DNA from: a virus
Taxonomy: Duplodnaviria; Caudoviricetes
Strand: one strand, 5' to 3'
Virus record (IMG/VR): IMGVR_UViG_3300047550_001096
Span: 1-61,162 of that record
Length of the DNA: 61,162 nucleotides
Shown: positions 18,255 through 28,938 of the stretch, piece by piece
Numbering within the stretch: the first letter of the stretch is position 1
Layout: every line of letters starts with the position of its first letter
The notes under the pieces: generated by a model
What the model was told of the DNA's origin: nothing
Seen by the model: the letters and a program-made list of their open reading frames with translations, nothing else
Database searches by the model: none
Made by a program: the position numbers and the translations under genes

Positions 18255-18800
18255 CTAATTAATGCTCTCTCCCCAAACAGGTATAAACCTGCCGTCTTCA
18301 GTTTTTGTATAAATTAGTATACCACTGCCAGTTCTCCTTGTCAACTCTTGGCTTGTAGGAGTTAAATTATTTGTTATTAAATTATCTTTTCTTGGTTTAC
18401 CAATATGTATACTTGCCAGTATATCACGTATCTCTTTTACTTGCGATTCGGAATAATATGCTCTTATTTGCCATTCTCTTGTACCGCCAACTTGTGCGCC
18501 CATAGGTGGAGGAATGACTCCTCGTTTAATTAGTGATGGAAAATATTTACGATGCCTATTGACAAGTTTTGAAGTTTCTGATACAGTATATGCTTTTTCT
18601 CTATGTTTTCTAAAATCAGAACGCAAGCATGTTTCTAATCTATCTTTTGTAATATTATAAACAGTTACCATACCAGTTGATCTTGAACTATGGTGAAATC
18701 TAACTAAGTCACCATTTAAAAACCAAATTTTTTTATTACCAGATATTATAGGCTGGTTATTGTAGTCTTTGCTCTCAAGTTTTCTTGGTCCAAAAGCCAT
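18255..18800 (-). CDS. Putative MerR-like HTH DNA-binding protein
   Basis: YTVSETSKLVNRH...RGVIP...RAYYSESQV. Confidence 0.55.
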   Translation of the reverse strand: MAFGPRKLESKDYNNQPIISGNKKIWFLNGDLVRFHHSSRSTGMVTVYNITKDRLETCLRSDFRKHREKAYTVSETSKLVNRHRKYFPSLIKRGVIPPPMGAQVGGTREWQIRAYYSESQVKEIRDILASIHIGKPRKDNLITNNLTPTSQELTRRTGSGILIYTKTEDGRFIPVWGESIN

Positions 18801-18937
18801 AAACCCTCCAAACTCTCAGAAGGTGGATGATAAAAAGTTCTTGATCCACACTGAATACAATATGTTTCTAGATGCATGATTGTTGAATATTGTCTATCAA
18901 CAAACATTCTACCCCTACACTTTTTACAATTTAGCAC
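18746..18937 (-). CDS. Zinc-ribbon protein
   Basis: CKKC...CIQCG. Confidence 0.65.
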   Translation of the reverse strand: MLNCKKCRGRMFVDRQYSTIMHLETYCIQCGSRTFYHPPSESLEGLWLLDQENLRAKTTITSL

Positions 18938-18948
18938 AGTTAGCCTTC

Positions 18949-19392
18949 TTAGTTTGGTATACCAATAGCAATTAGGTTAACTGCTAAAGACAAATCTCCC
19001 GATGCATTAAACCTTACAATACCGTCAATCTTTGATGTTGTAACGCTTCTTAAAATAACTGTAACATTTTGTCCTGCTGGTGTACCGCCAATATTAACAG
19101 CAGTTGCTGTAACAATTGGGGCATATTTAAAATCAGATGGAAAGTCATAGGAGAATGTTTTATCATTTCCAGCGCTTACAGTAGAGTTGTTAGCAACCTG
19201 TACATATCCTCCAATAACACGCATATCTGATGTTTTAATATTTTGCTTTCCTGCGCTAACAGTTTCAATGCTAGCGTAGTTAAAGGTAGCCGAAGATACC
19301 TGTGTAGCTATATTATTTATACTTTCAGCTAGCTGATAGATATATGTAACATCTAAAGGCTGACCTCGTTCTGGTAGTGGTACTATTGCCAT
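18949..19392 (-). CDS. Putative tail-associated beta-sandwich protein
   Basis: F.Y.FP..FKYAPIVTAT...NLIAIG C-terminus typical of fibre-tip domains; last gene of the tail block. Confidence 0.55.
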   Translation of the reverse strand: MAIVPLPERGQPLDVTYIYQLAESINNIATQVSSATFNYASIETVSAGKQNIKTSDMRVIGGYVQVANNSTVSAGNDKTFSYDFPSDFKYAPIVTATAVNIGGTPAGQNVTVILRSVTTSKIDGIVRFNASGDLSLAVNLIAIGIPN

Positions 19393-19427
19393 TTTTCTCC
19401 TTTATTATATTATACTATATATAATGC

Positions 19428-21290
19428 CTATGCCGTTAAATTTGACGACAATATTTTTGCTACAGATGCTCCACTAAACATATAGAATTTTCCATTATTA
19501 TATACACCTGAATACCATGGATTGTTTAGTCCACCAATAGCATTTGTTGTATTAAAGTCTGATGGATTCATTTGTATTGAACTCCAGGTTGATCCATTTG
19601 TTGAAAATGCACAAGATATAGACAATTCTTCACTAACTGTTACTTCTGCTTGTGACATAATTAAAAATTTCCCGTCTCCAAATGCTATAGCTCCACGATT
19701 ATTCCATTCTCCAAAATATCCAAATGAATAATAGTTTGTTTCATCATATATATTTTGGAATGTAAATGGATTTTCAATAACTGTCCAAGTGTCTCCATCT
19801 GCTGATGTAGCAAACTCAGAGTGCCCTATCATTAAAAATATACCATTACCAAAAATAATTCTTGGACATGAATATATTTCATTTGTATCACCACTAACAC
19901 TTCCTGTTAATGGGGAATTAAATGCTGTCCAATTTATTGCATCAGTAGATTTTAAACATGAATTAAAACCACGAGATACTGCAATAAAAACTCCATTGCC
20001 ATAAGCAACAGCATTTGGAAAAGCAGCATAAGCATTAGGATCTGGGTACGATAAAGAAGTTGACAATGTCCAGGTGTCGCCGTCTGCTGAATATGCAACA
20101 CACTCATTATTTGAAGATTTATTTACTGCTACAAAATTGCTACCTCCATATGTAATGGATCCCCAGTTAATTCCAGGATATATGCTATATATACTAGAAG
20201 AATCGCTCCAAGTTTCTCCATCTGCAGAATATCCACCTCCATATTTAGCAACAGCAGCAAAAGTTCCAGATCCATTAACTACAGACTGCCATCCATAACC
20301 AGGAAATCCTGGACCATAAGCTGGAACTGTTCCGTTAGTCCAATTTTCTCCATCTGTTGATACTATGCAATAGCTATCGCCATTATTTGCATTTCCAAGC
20401 AGAACAAATTTATTTTCTGCATATGTTGAATACCATCCCTCAAAAACATCATTATTCCCAGAAGTATCTACTGGTAAAGATCCTATTGTCCAAGGACTCC
20501 ATTGTGCATATAAAGTAAATCCATCAGCAACAACAACTTCGTCTCCAGGAAAATAAGTTGTACCAGTGCCATCAGAAGATGTATTCCAACTTAAAAATGT
20601 ATAATCTGTTTTAACTAGTGTATCTCCTGAAGGAATAATTATTGTTGAACCAGCTAGTGCTATATCTGATGATGGTGTAGATCCAGATGTATTTCCATTT
20701 CCATTAAATTGTATTGTATAGTTGGCTGCTCCAGATATAGATTGATATAATTTTAATAATGGTGAACCTGGATCTCCTGGTATACCTTCTCCTCTTTGAA
20801 TTGGATAACCAGCAGCGTAAACCTCTACGCTAAATCTATCTGGAGGAAGTGGCTGGACCTCTTCATTTTTTACATAAAAAGCTGGTACTGGAAAAGAAGA
20901 TGTATTATTTGGAATTCTACCTTTATAAGACCATTCCCCATTTGGATCATCAACTCTATCCCATTTTATCCAAAGATCATATTGCTTAATTTCATTAACA
21001 GTAGAATTTCTTATATATATCCCAGGTGGGGATACTTGCTCTAAAGTTATATTTGTATTATTTTTATAATAACTAAATGTATTTGTAGTAACAGATATAA
21101 TTTCATATGTACCGTCAAATATAGCGTCTACATCCTGAATAGTTACCCAGTCTCCCTTAGCCATATAGTGAGCACCAGATGTAGTTAATGTAGCTAAATT
21201 AGATGTAAGTTCTTTATTTATAATATCAGTTACGCTATCAGCGTTTTTTAAAACTATTGAAGGATCCCAGCTTATATTAATAATTGGCAT
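19428..21290 (-). CDS. Putative receptor-binding/tail protein with InlB B-repeat and Asp-box beta-propeller
   Basis: YTIQFNGNG...YTFLSWNTSSDGTGTTY...TLYAQW (B-repeat); six S-x-D/N-G/A-x-x-W boxes with YGNG.F repeats. Confidence 0.7.
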   Translation of the reverse strand: MPIINISWDPSIVLKNADSVTDIINKELTSNLATLTTSGAHYMAKGDWVTIQDVDAIFDGTYEIISVTTNTFSYYKNNTNITLEQVSPPGIYIRNSTVNEIKQYDLWIKWDRVDDPNGEWSYKGRIPNNTSSFPVPAFYVKNEEVQPLPPDRFSVEVYAAGYPIQRGEGIPGDPGSPLLKLYQSISGAANYTIQFNGNGNTSGSTPSSDIALAGSTIIIPSGDTLVKTDYTFLSWNTSSDGTGTTYFPGDEVVVADGFTLYAQWSPWTIGSLPVDTSGNNDVFEGWYSTYAENKFVLLGNANNGDSYCIVSTDGENWTNGTVPAYGPGFPGYGWQSVVNGSGTFAAVAKYGGGYSADGETWSDSSSIYSIYPGINWGSITYGGSNFVAVNKSSNNECVAYSADGDTWTLSTSLSYPDPNAYAAFPNAVAYGNGVFIAVSRGFNSCLKSTDAINWTAFNSPLTGSVSGDTNEIYSCPRIIFGNGIFLMIGHSEFATSADGDTWTVIENPFTFQNIYDETNYYSFGYFGEWNNRGAIAFGDGKFLIMSQAEVTVSEELSISCAFSTNGSTWSSIQMNPSDFNTTNAIGGLNNPWYSGVYNNGKFYMFSGASVAKILSSNLTA

Positions 21291-21298
21291 TTATAATC

Positions 21299-21496
21299 CT
21301 ATGTTAATACTATTTCTATATTTCCAGAAGCAAAAGTATAAGCTGGTATTAGTGTATATATTGGAGACCAATGAGACAATCTATTTTTATCTTCAGATAC
21401 AAACCTATAACGAAGAATAAATGCTTGATTATTAATATTTAATGGAGGTAATTCTGAAGCTGGAACTCTAAGTTTTTTAACAACTTCATCTGCCAT
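21299..21496 (-). CDS. Small tail-region protein
   Basis: In-operon, TAATG coupling; LRYRFVSEDKNRLSHWSP. Confidence 0.65.
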   Translation of the reverse strand: MADEVVKKLRVPASELPPLNINNQAFILRYRFVSEDKNRLSHWSPIYTLIPAYTFASGNIEIVLT

Positions 21497-22662
21497 TATG
21501 AAACTCCTATGTTAAATCTAAACTCAATATAATTATTAGTATTTGGGTTTTTTATAATTGTTGTAGCATCATCATTTTTAATAACAGAATATCCAGTAAG
21601 ACCGTATAATGAATTGGTTTTAGCAATATTTTCTAATCTTAAAGCATCAAACGCTATATAATATTGATCTGACGGAGATCCAGCATCTATAATTGATGCA
21701 TATATTTTTACAACTGTTACAGAGTTCCAAGTAAATCCTTGTGTTTGATATAAATTTTGTAATTGTGTTGTTGCAATATAATATCTATTATTAGCAAAAT
21801 CATATGTTCCACCAGTACCGTCTCCATTTTCCATATTTATTTCAAACCTTGCAAACTCACCAACGCTTTGTTCATCTGTTGATGCAAAGTCAACTAATAT
21901 TTTTACTGTTTCTGGTACGCTTATTGAATCTCCATCTTTACTAATAAGAGAAAAAGCCAATCTTAATTCATCTATTGGAGAATTTTTTGATAGATCTATA
22001 TTTGGTGAGGTTAGATGTATGTGATTTGAAGGAACTCCAACAGAAACATCTTCTATTAAAAAGTGTCCTTGAGAAGGTCCAGGATTTGTATCTACTACTA
22101 GGTTAGCATCATCTCCTCTAACCAATATCATATTATTTAAAAATCTACAACGTTCATATCTATCTGCACGGCTTGGATTAAAGAATATTAAGTTGTCTGC
22201 ATTAGTCTGAAACACTTTGTTGGTTGTTGCAATTACATTATCCCCAAGAGGATCATCTAATGGTTCTGGTATTGATGGTATTGCTACCGCCGTTGTTTCT
22301 GTATGGTATTGCCAGTTTTCTCCCTGAGTAAATGCCAGTAATGTTTTGCTATCATATGCGCCAGCAGACGGATTGGACCCAGCTGAATATATTCCTATTT
22401 CTGTTATTTCATATCTTTCTTCTGTAGGCATCTGTGCCGTAAAAACTATTTTCTCTATTCCTGCATCATTCACAAATCCACGTGATGAAATAGGAATTCT
22501 AAACATTTCAAAGTCAAGATTTTCTTTATTTGAGTAATCTCCATATGGCTCTATGGTGGGTAATGGTTTTGGTCCACAGCCTACGGCTATATAGGAAGCA
22601 TAAGCGGGAGCCTGACCAAGCAGGTATTTACCAATTATATTTTTACCAGTATTCGTAATCAT
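21496..22662 (-). CDS. Tail/baseplate structural protein
   Basis: MITNTGK...YIAVGCG...L.FEMFR...ITEIGIYS pattern of baseplate-anchoring domains; position. Confidence 0.6.
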   Translation of the reverse strand: MITNTGKNIIGKYLLGQAPAYASYIAVGCGPKPLPTIEPYGDYSNKENLDFEMFRIPISSRGFVNDAGIEKIVFTAQMPTEERYEITEIGIYSAGSNPSAGAYDSKTLLAFTQGENWQYHTETTAVAIPSIPEPLDDPLGDNVIATTNKVFQTNADNLIFFNPSRADRYERCRFLNNMILVRGDDANLVVDTNPGPSQGHFLIEDVSVGVPSNHIHLTSPNIDLSKNSPIDELRLAFSLISKDGDSISVPETVKILVDFASTDEQSVGEFARFEINMENGDGTGGTYDFANNRYYIATTQLQNLYQTQGFTWNSVTVVKIYASIIDAGSPSDQYYIAFDALRLENIAKTNSLYGLTGYSVIKNDDATTIIKNPNTNNYIEFRFNIGVS

Positions 22663-23660
22663 AGTTCTACCTCATATATTGTACCATTTATCATAATCTG
22701 TAGCTCTATTTGCTCATCTGCTGCAAGGTTAATAGCCTCTATAACTAAGTCTCCATTATAATCTATATATACATTTGAATCTGATGGACCTGTAGGATTA
22801 GAAGGAATTTTTTGTTCAAATTTAATAGGAAAATTTTCAAAGTATTTATCAGATGTATTTCTTACAATAAGGATATTATTAGGATTATACTCTTGATAAA
22901 CTTGACTTAAATTTTTAATTGGTTGATATATAACAGGTTGACCATTAATAGTATCATTTCTTGCAATGTTTATTAACTCTTCCCCGCCAATATCTTCAAA
23001 TATTAAATCTGCCATAATTTCTACAGGCAAAGCATCCTCTTGATCAAACAAAATGCTATCTATAGATGCGCTTTTAACAGGAACAGGTGGTGGTGGAGGC
23101 GGTGGTGGAGGAGGAGTTGGTGGTTGAGTATATCCACCTCCAGTATATCCACCTCCAGTAAATCCACCTCCAGTAAATCCAGTGGATCCGCCACTTATTC
23201 CTGCAAGATTTGGGAATCTAACTAAAACCCATCGTCCGCTATAATTTGTAGAGGTTGATCCAACATCAGTTCTCCAAACATATTCATATATATAGTTTGC
23301 ATCTGGAGGTGGTGGGGTAGGCTTAATGCCTTGTGCTACGACTATTTGAGCATTATATGCTGCAGTTCTTAATTCAGATCTTTCTGCAACACTAAGAGAA
23401 TACCAAGCATCAGTTCCGTATATTGCTAAATATGAATCTATAAGTTCTTTTGCGCCAACAATTTCTTCATTTGCTGCATTAATAGCATCATTCATTGCTT
23501 TAATAAGATCACTATCTGTAGATGCTGTACTAGTATTTGCTGTGCTAGTATTTGTTTCTCCAGTTATCCCTGTATCTAATAAATTATTGAGATCAATATT
23601 TGCATCTGGATCTCCGCCACCATCAATAAGTTGATTAGTATATATCACTTTACACCTCAC
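22659..23660 (-). CDS. Tail-region protein with Gly/Pro-rich linker
   Basis: Position in the tail block; GGGFT/GGGYT repeats and poly-Pro. Confidence 0.6.
   Translation of the reverse strand: MRCKVIYTNQLIDGGGDPDANIDLNNLLDTGITGETNTSTANTSTASTDSDLIKAMNDAINAANEEIVGAKELIDSYLAIYGTDAWYSLSVAERSELRTAAYNAQIVVAQGIKPTPPPPDANYIYEYVWRTDVGSTSTNYSGRWVLVRFPNLAGISGGSTGFTGGGFTGGGYTGGGYTQPPTPPPPPPPPPPVPVKSASIDSILFDQEDALPVEIMADLIFEDIGGEELINIARNDTINGQPVIYQPIKNLSQVYQEYNPNNILIVRNTSDKYFENFPIKFEQKIPSNPTGPSDSNVYIDYNGDLVIEAINLAADEQIELQIMINGTIYEVEL
23133..23183. repeat. 15-bp tandem repeat (ccacctccagta[t/a]at), about 3 copies
   Basis: Seen directly; encodes TGGG(F/Y) units next to the poly-Pro tract. Confidence 0.8.
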
Positions 23661-26600
23661 TCAAAAACAGTGTCATTTTAGGACCTTCCAAAGATCTTGC
23701 ATACTCCATATTATATACTATAAACCTAGTTGTGTCTGGAACTACCAAATCTAATCCATCTTCATTTTTATAGTTAATAGTTACTATATCTCCAAGCTGT
23801 ATTGTTGGAATTGCAAAAAGATCAATACCTATTGATTTTTTAGGCACCATTGTTTTATCAATTAGCCATCCCATTAAAGCATCTGCATCATCTTGTGTCT
23901 GTATATAAATACTATCTAAAGAAAACTCACTAGTTCCATAATTTAATCTACTTAATCTAATTTTGTCATACTTTTCTTTTTCTACTAGTGGAGATGTAAT
24001 CAGAGAACTTCCTTGTAACTCAGGGTCTGAGAAGCTGCTCTTTTTATTAAAATATTGATCTACCGTTAGTTCGTATGAAGTATCTTGTGTAAAGGTTACT
24101 CCCTGTATTCTTAAATAATTTCCAGTTGTTTCATCTAAGTTTAAAGCTGTATCTGTAGCATTAAATATTAAAAATTCTGCGCCATATGAATCAGCTTGGA
24201 ATCCAGAAACGGTGTATCCTTTAATTCTATTAAAAGTAGGAGATAGTTTTGCATATAAGGCTGGATATGATCTATCATATTTAATATCAAAATAAGAACA
24301 TTCACGCATGATTGTTCCAAACTCATCAAAATAAATATTATATTTTGGTGGTTGTTGTGCACTTATTCCAGATAGGTATGTTGACTGAACAACACCACTC
24401 ATTGCATATTTTCTAAATGATTCATTAACATTTATTTCATTACTTCCCCAACGCTCATCATTTTTATAATAAGTTTTAGATTCCTGAGTTCTACCAAATA
24501 CATCTGATATAACTGGAGAAACTGTTGCTACAGTATTTTGTGAATAGTTTGCAGCAATTGCATATATATGTTCAAACATACATCTTGAAGATCCACGAAC
24601 AAATAAAGCCATGTTATTATAAATTGGAAGTGGATCCGTATCATCTACTACCTGAATTAATTTATTATTTAAATATAAAAAGAATCTTCGTGTTGATCCA
24701 ACATCTTCGTATTCTACTGATAAATCATATACTGTTGGTTTTTCTTCACCAACAAACCTATACTGTCCAGTAAACCTTCCATCATCAACAATTATATTGG
24801 CAAGTCCGCCCCATAATTTAATTGGAATTGCTTCATTGTTTGATTGATTCTTTTTAATTTTATAAAATACAACGTTATTGATTTGAATTGTTCCCTGACC
24901 AGTTTGATCTAAGTTTAAATATGAGTCAATATTAGTTTCTGTTAGTGCTGTTATTTCAAAATAATATCCATTATTTGTTTCTGGATTTAATAAAACAGCA
25001 AGACCACCAGACCCTCCACCTATGCTAATATTTTTATCAGGTGATGACCCAGTAACTTGATAATACGGTGTACTGCCTATTGGCGTTTGAACTCTGTTCT
25101 CATCAGTCTCTATCTTGCCAATTATTCTCATTCTTGTACCAAAAGTTTTATATGCATTATTTAAAGATTTATAAACATAAGAAACAAAATTTAGTGGATT
25201 AGTATTTGTTTTAAAAGATGGTCCATTCATTACTAATGCAGAAGATTGAACCGTTGCTGTTTGTGTTGACTTTAATTTATTAACATCTCCATCAGACAAA
25301 TAACTTGTTGCCATAAAGTTTTTAATAATTCCATTACGTGTCATTTCTTTTGCTGTGGCTGGATCTGTTGCTGCGTCTCCAGCATATCCTATTGTTGTTG
25401 CTGGAAGCTTAGAAAAATTAACTGTTGTGCCAGAAAGTGGTACTGTTGGAGCAACATCTATTGTTACAGAATATAATTTTGTTACTGGATCTGGTATTGT
25501 ATTAATAGCAGTAACTGTTGTAGTACCACCCAATTCTCCTGGGCCTGCTACTATCTTAACGTACTGTCCTATTTCAAGACCTGCAATATCTAACATAGTT
25601 AAAATTGCTCCACTTGAGGATACTCCAGTTATATTAAAATCTAAATTAAACTTAGTATAAAACAATAGATCTGATCTCATTGTACATCCTCGTACATAAC
25701 TATTATTAGACCAATAATCATTTAAGCCAGCTGAATGATTAACAACTGGTGTTCCAAACTGTCCACGACCATGCTTTTCAACAGCTCCTGACTGAAGTCT
25801 ATCAATTCCATCAACTGTTTCATAGAAAGGTACAGAGTAAATTCTTACCAATCCAGTTGGATATATCTTTCCATTAAATGGAAGAGAAGCAAAGTATTTT
25901 TGATATTCTTGATTGCTACTAATCCAAACATTGCCAGTGCCAGTAATATTAAATTGTGCAGCATCATATCTTATTACTTCTCCGTTTGCATAAAAATATC
26001 CATTATATCTAGTAAGCCAATATACGTTTTCTCCAAGATCAATAACATTATTTTTAACTACTCCATTTTCTACAAAAGGAACAGCATTAGTTAAATCCGA
26101 ATTAATTGGCATCGCACCTAACACATAATTGCCCTGCTGTGCAGCAACCTCATTTATTGTTTTTGTATATTCCGTTCCTGAAACTTCCCATAAAAGTGCT
26201 GGCTTATATATCCAAGTTTTTTCTGCATCTACCATCAAGGCTTGTCGTAAATTACCATAAGACCTTTGAATATATCTAGTTGTAAAATTAATTCTTCCAT
26301 CATTATAAACTTTTTTATCTTGAGATGCGATAGATAAAATATTTGGAATATTATTAGAAGGATTATTTTCTACTACTCCAGTATCTGATTGATTATTGTT
26401 TCCTAATAAAACAAAATCTATGGGCCTATCTCCCTCCCCTGGCAATAAATAGTTTTTACTCATCACAACAAAATTATTATATTCATCAAAGAACATTGCA
26501 GACTGAGTTGCTAAGGCTAGTTGGTTAAGAACCTGTGCTACGTTTTGATCTGGAGCAACAAAGAAGTATGGAATAATTGGATCTAATTCTACTACCTGTA

Positions 26601-28299
26601 ATAGTCCTTGGTTGGTTAATCTTTTAAATGTATAATTAGAAAAACCGATATAGTCTAACAAAGTTGAAACCGCCATACTTAAAGATGTATTAGTCATTAA
26701 TAATCTTGGAGCTGGCATTGATTCTAAAAAGAAATAAAAATCTCTAAGGCTTATTGCAAGTGTTCCAGCAGTAAAGTCTGCCTGTGGAAAACCATTTGAG
26801 TACAAAGTTTTAATTGGTACATAATAATCAAATCCACTTACATTTATAATTATTTCATAAAAATTAAACTTAATATTTTTATCTACATATTTAGATATTA
26901 TGCTATTAGTATTATTTTGATTAAACGCTTGATCATCATCAAAAATCTGTATTTCTCCATTTGATGCCAATAGTTGTCCAACTGGCAATGAAGAAGATGA
27001 TAAGTCAGACAATATCTTAGTAATTCTATAGTCAACAACTTTATCGGATATGTTTGCTATTAGTCTTGGAGAAAACTCAATAAGATCAAAGCATGAATTA
27101 ATTTTATTCATAGTATCTACTACTATACGAATACCACGAATATATTCAAATTCTCTATATACCGTTTTTGGAGTAGGAGCATCAATACCACCAAGTACAC
27201 CTGGACCAGCCTGCTCACTTATAAATTTTTTAGGAGAAGTAAAGTCTGTTACATAATTTGTGTTTCTATTGATTTCTCCTTCAACAAGAGACCACCCATA
27301 TGTTGGTATAAAAGACTCATAGGTATCTCCGTTCCATATATAAAATGCTCCAACATCATTTTCATTATCTATCACTAAGTATGAATAACCTATTATAGAT
27401 GATTCTGGTAAAAGAGTAGTTGACGATAGAGTTTCAGCAAATACAAATATATTTTCATATTGTTCTGGAATTATTAAACCATATTGAAGTTCTACATATC
27501 CATCTGATTCAATAATAGGGGTTCCATCTGATCTAGTTGTGTTCTCATTAAAAGAATATAAATCGGACCAAGTATTGTTAACTAACTTTTGAATTTTCCA
27601 TCTTGATGGAGTAGTCTTATTTTGATTACCAAATAATGGATCTGCAATTTGACCACTCTGAGTGCTAAATGGTCCAAGATCAACAGATCCTATATTTGTT
27701 TGCATTTTAACTACAAGTCTATTTGTTGGAACATTTTCTTTATATACTACAAAAGGAACAGCATCATCTATATAATATAAATCATTAACTATGTTTTTAG
27801 CTATGCCACGTTCAACATTGTTTTCAGTTCTATATGAACTCCAATACTTAAATTGATCGTACCTAGAAGGCATATAATATCTAGGTCGTTCTGATATTCT
27901 TTCTCCAGAATTTGCTAAAAACTTTCCATCTAAATATAAGGCTTTATTAATTCCAGAGCGAGGTCTAAATGGTTTTGTACAGTCATCTAAAGAATATAGT
28001 AGTTTATTTTTTTCTTTAGGAAGTGTAAATAACTGTGGAGTATTTTCATCAGTAACTCCTCCAACTATTGTAACATCGGCGTCTGTTCCACCAGTATAAT
28101 AGTTACCAATATCTAATGGATCAAATGATTGTGGAAGATTATAATATATAGAACTCTGAGTAGTTGGTCGGTATCTATAGTTGCCAAGTTTATATATATT
28201 ATCTGGTATATTCATATTCCATTCTGCAAGAACTAAAGAATTTAATCTAACAGTTGCAGAAGTTTCAAAATGGGTTTTCAATGCTTCACTAATAAACAT
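23650..28299 (-). CDS. Large tail-tip/hub protein
   Basis: 1549 aa, two genes after the tape measure; MFFDEYNNFVV and PTIQLGDIVTI hub-like motifs. Confidence 0.7.
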   Translation of the reverse strand: MFISEALKTHFETSATVRLNSLVLAEWNMNIPDNIYKLGNYRYRPTTQSSIYYNLPQSFDPLDIGNYYTGGTDADVTIVGGVTDENTPQLFTLPKEKNKLLYSLDDCTKPFRPRSGINKALYLDGKFLANSGERISERPRYYMPSRYDQFKYWSSYRTENNVERGIAKNIVNDLYYIDDAVPFVVYKENVPTNRLVVKMQTNIGSVDLGPFSTQSGQIADPLFGNQNKTTPSRWKIQKLVNNTWSDLYSFNENTTRSDGTPIIESDGYVELQYGLIIPEQYENIFVFAETLSSTTLLPESSIIGYSYLVIDNENDVGAFYIWNGDTYESFIPTYGWSLVEGEINRNTNYVTDFTSPKKFISEQAGPGVLGGIDAPTPKTVYREFEYIRGIRIVVDTMNKINSCFDLIEFSPRLIANISDKVVDYRITKILSDLSSSSLPVGQLLASNGEIQIFDDDQAFNQNNTNSIISKYVDKNIKFNFYEIIINVSGFDYYVPIKTLYSNGFPQADFTAGTLAISLRDFYFFLESMPAPRLLMTNTSLSMAVSTLLDYIGFSNYTFKRLTNQGLLQVVELDPIIPYFFVAPDQNVAQVLNQLALATQSAMFFDEYNNFVVMSKNYLLPGEGDRPIDFVLLGNNNQSDTGVVENNPSNNIPNILSIASQDKKVYNDGRINFTTRYIQRSYGNLRQALMVDAEKTWIYKPALLWEVSGTEYTKTINEVAAQQGNYVLGAMPINSDLTNAVPFVENGVVKNNVIDLGENVYWLTRYNGYFYANGEVIRYDAAQFNITGTGNVWISSNQEYQKYFASLPFNGKIYPTGLVRIYSVPFYETVDGIDRLQSGAVEKHGRGQFGTPVVNHSAGLNDYWSNNSYVRGCTMRSDLLFYTKFNLDFNITGVSSSGAILTMLDIAGLEIGQYVKIVAGPGELGGTTTVTAINTIPDPVTKLYSVTIDVAPTVPLSGTTVNFSKLPATTIGYAGDAATDPATAKEMTRNGIIKNFMATSYLSDGDVNKLKSTQTATVQSSALVMNGPSFKTNTNPLNFVSYVYKSLNNAYKTFGTRMRIIGKIETDENRVQTPIGSTPYYQVTGSSPDKNISIGGGSGGLAVLLNPETNNGYYFEITALTETNIDSYLNLDQTGQGTIQINNVVFYKIKKNQSNNEAIPIKLWGGLANIIVDDGRFTGQYRFVGEEKPTVYDLSVEYEDVGSTRRFFLYLNNKLIQVVDDTDPLPIYNNMALFVRGSSRCMFEHIYAIAANYSQNTVATVSPVISDVFGRTQESKTYYKNDERWGSNEINVNESFRKYAMSGVVQSTYLSGISAQQPPKYNIYFDEFGTIMRECSYFDIKYDRSYPALYAKLSPTFNRIKGYTVSGFQADSYGAEFLIFNATDTALNLDETTGNYLRIQGVTFTQDTSYELTVDQYFNKKSSFSDPELQGSSLITSPLVEKEKYDKIRLSRLNYGTSEFSLDSIYIQTQDDADALMGWLIDKTMVPKKSIGIDLFAIPTIQLGDIVTINYKNEDGLDLVVPDTTRFIVYNMEYARSLEGPKMTLFLSEV

Positions 28300-28938
28300 T
28301 TAAACCTCTTCCAGAGATACCGTTATATTCCAAAAGTCAAAGTTGCTACCGCCCCTTTTTACAACAGAATAATTAAAGTCAGCAAAATATACTTGAATAA
28401 TTTGGCTATACTTATTTAAATTTTCGTATGCACTGTTAGTTGTACCAAAGTTAGAGTATTTATCGTATGAAAGATACATCCAAAATGGTCCTTTATGATT
28501 TTCATACCAATCTAATATTTGAACTCCTCCTGCGCCACCGTCTGCAGTATATTCTTCATTGCTTTTATTAAAATATTGAGATTTACCTTCTTCATCAAAT
28601 TCAGCATTTTCAAAATAAGATCTTGATGGTAAATTATTCCATGCCCAAGATATTGTTAATTTATCTGCAATATGATAAGATCTCATTCTTCCATTTATTG
28701 TTCTTTGACGCTGTTCTAACCTCTGTGTTTGAAAATTAATTTCTCCTCTATTGTGGTCAGACAATATTAAAAATTGATTAGTCAATATCGGATCTGTATT
28801 TTCTGGAATTGCAGCGCCTATTTCATACCCATTTGGAACATAAAATCCATCTGTTAGTGTCCCTGAATTTTCAGACCAGAGAACTGCTTGAGGTCTTTGG
28901 TACCTTTTTCTTCCAAGCATGTACGCCGATGTTGTCAT
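28300..28938 (-). CDS. Distal tail (Dit-like) protein
   Basis: Directly follows the tape measure; RQRTINGRMR...WNITVSLEEV. Confidence 0.6.
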   Translation of the reverse strand: MTTSAYMLGRKRYQRPQAVLWSENSGTLTDGFYVPNGYEIGAAIPENTDPILTNQFLILSDHNRGEINFQTQRLEQRQRTINGRMRSYHIADKLTISWAWNNLPSRSYFENAEFDEEGKSQYFNKSNEEYTADGGAGGVQILDWYENHKGPFWMYLSYDKYSNFGTTNSAYENLNKYSQIIQVYFADFNYSVVKRGGSNFDFWNITVSLEEV

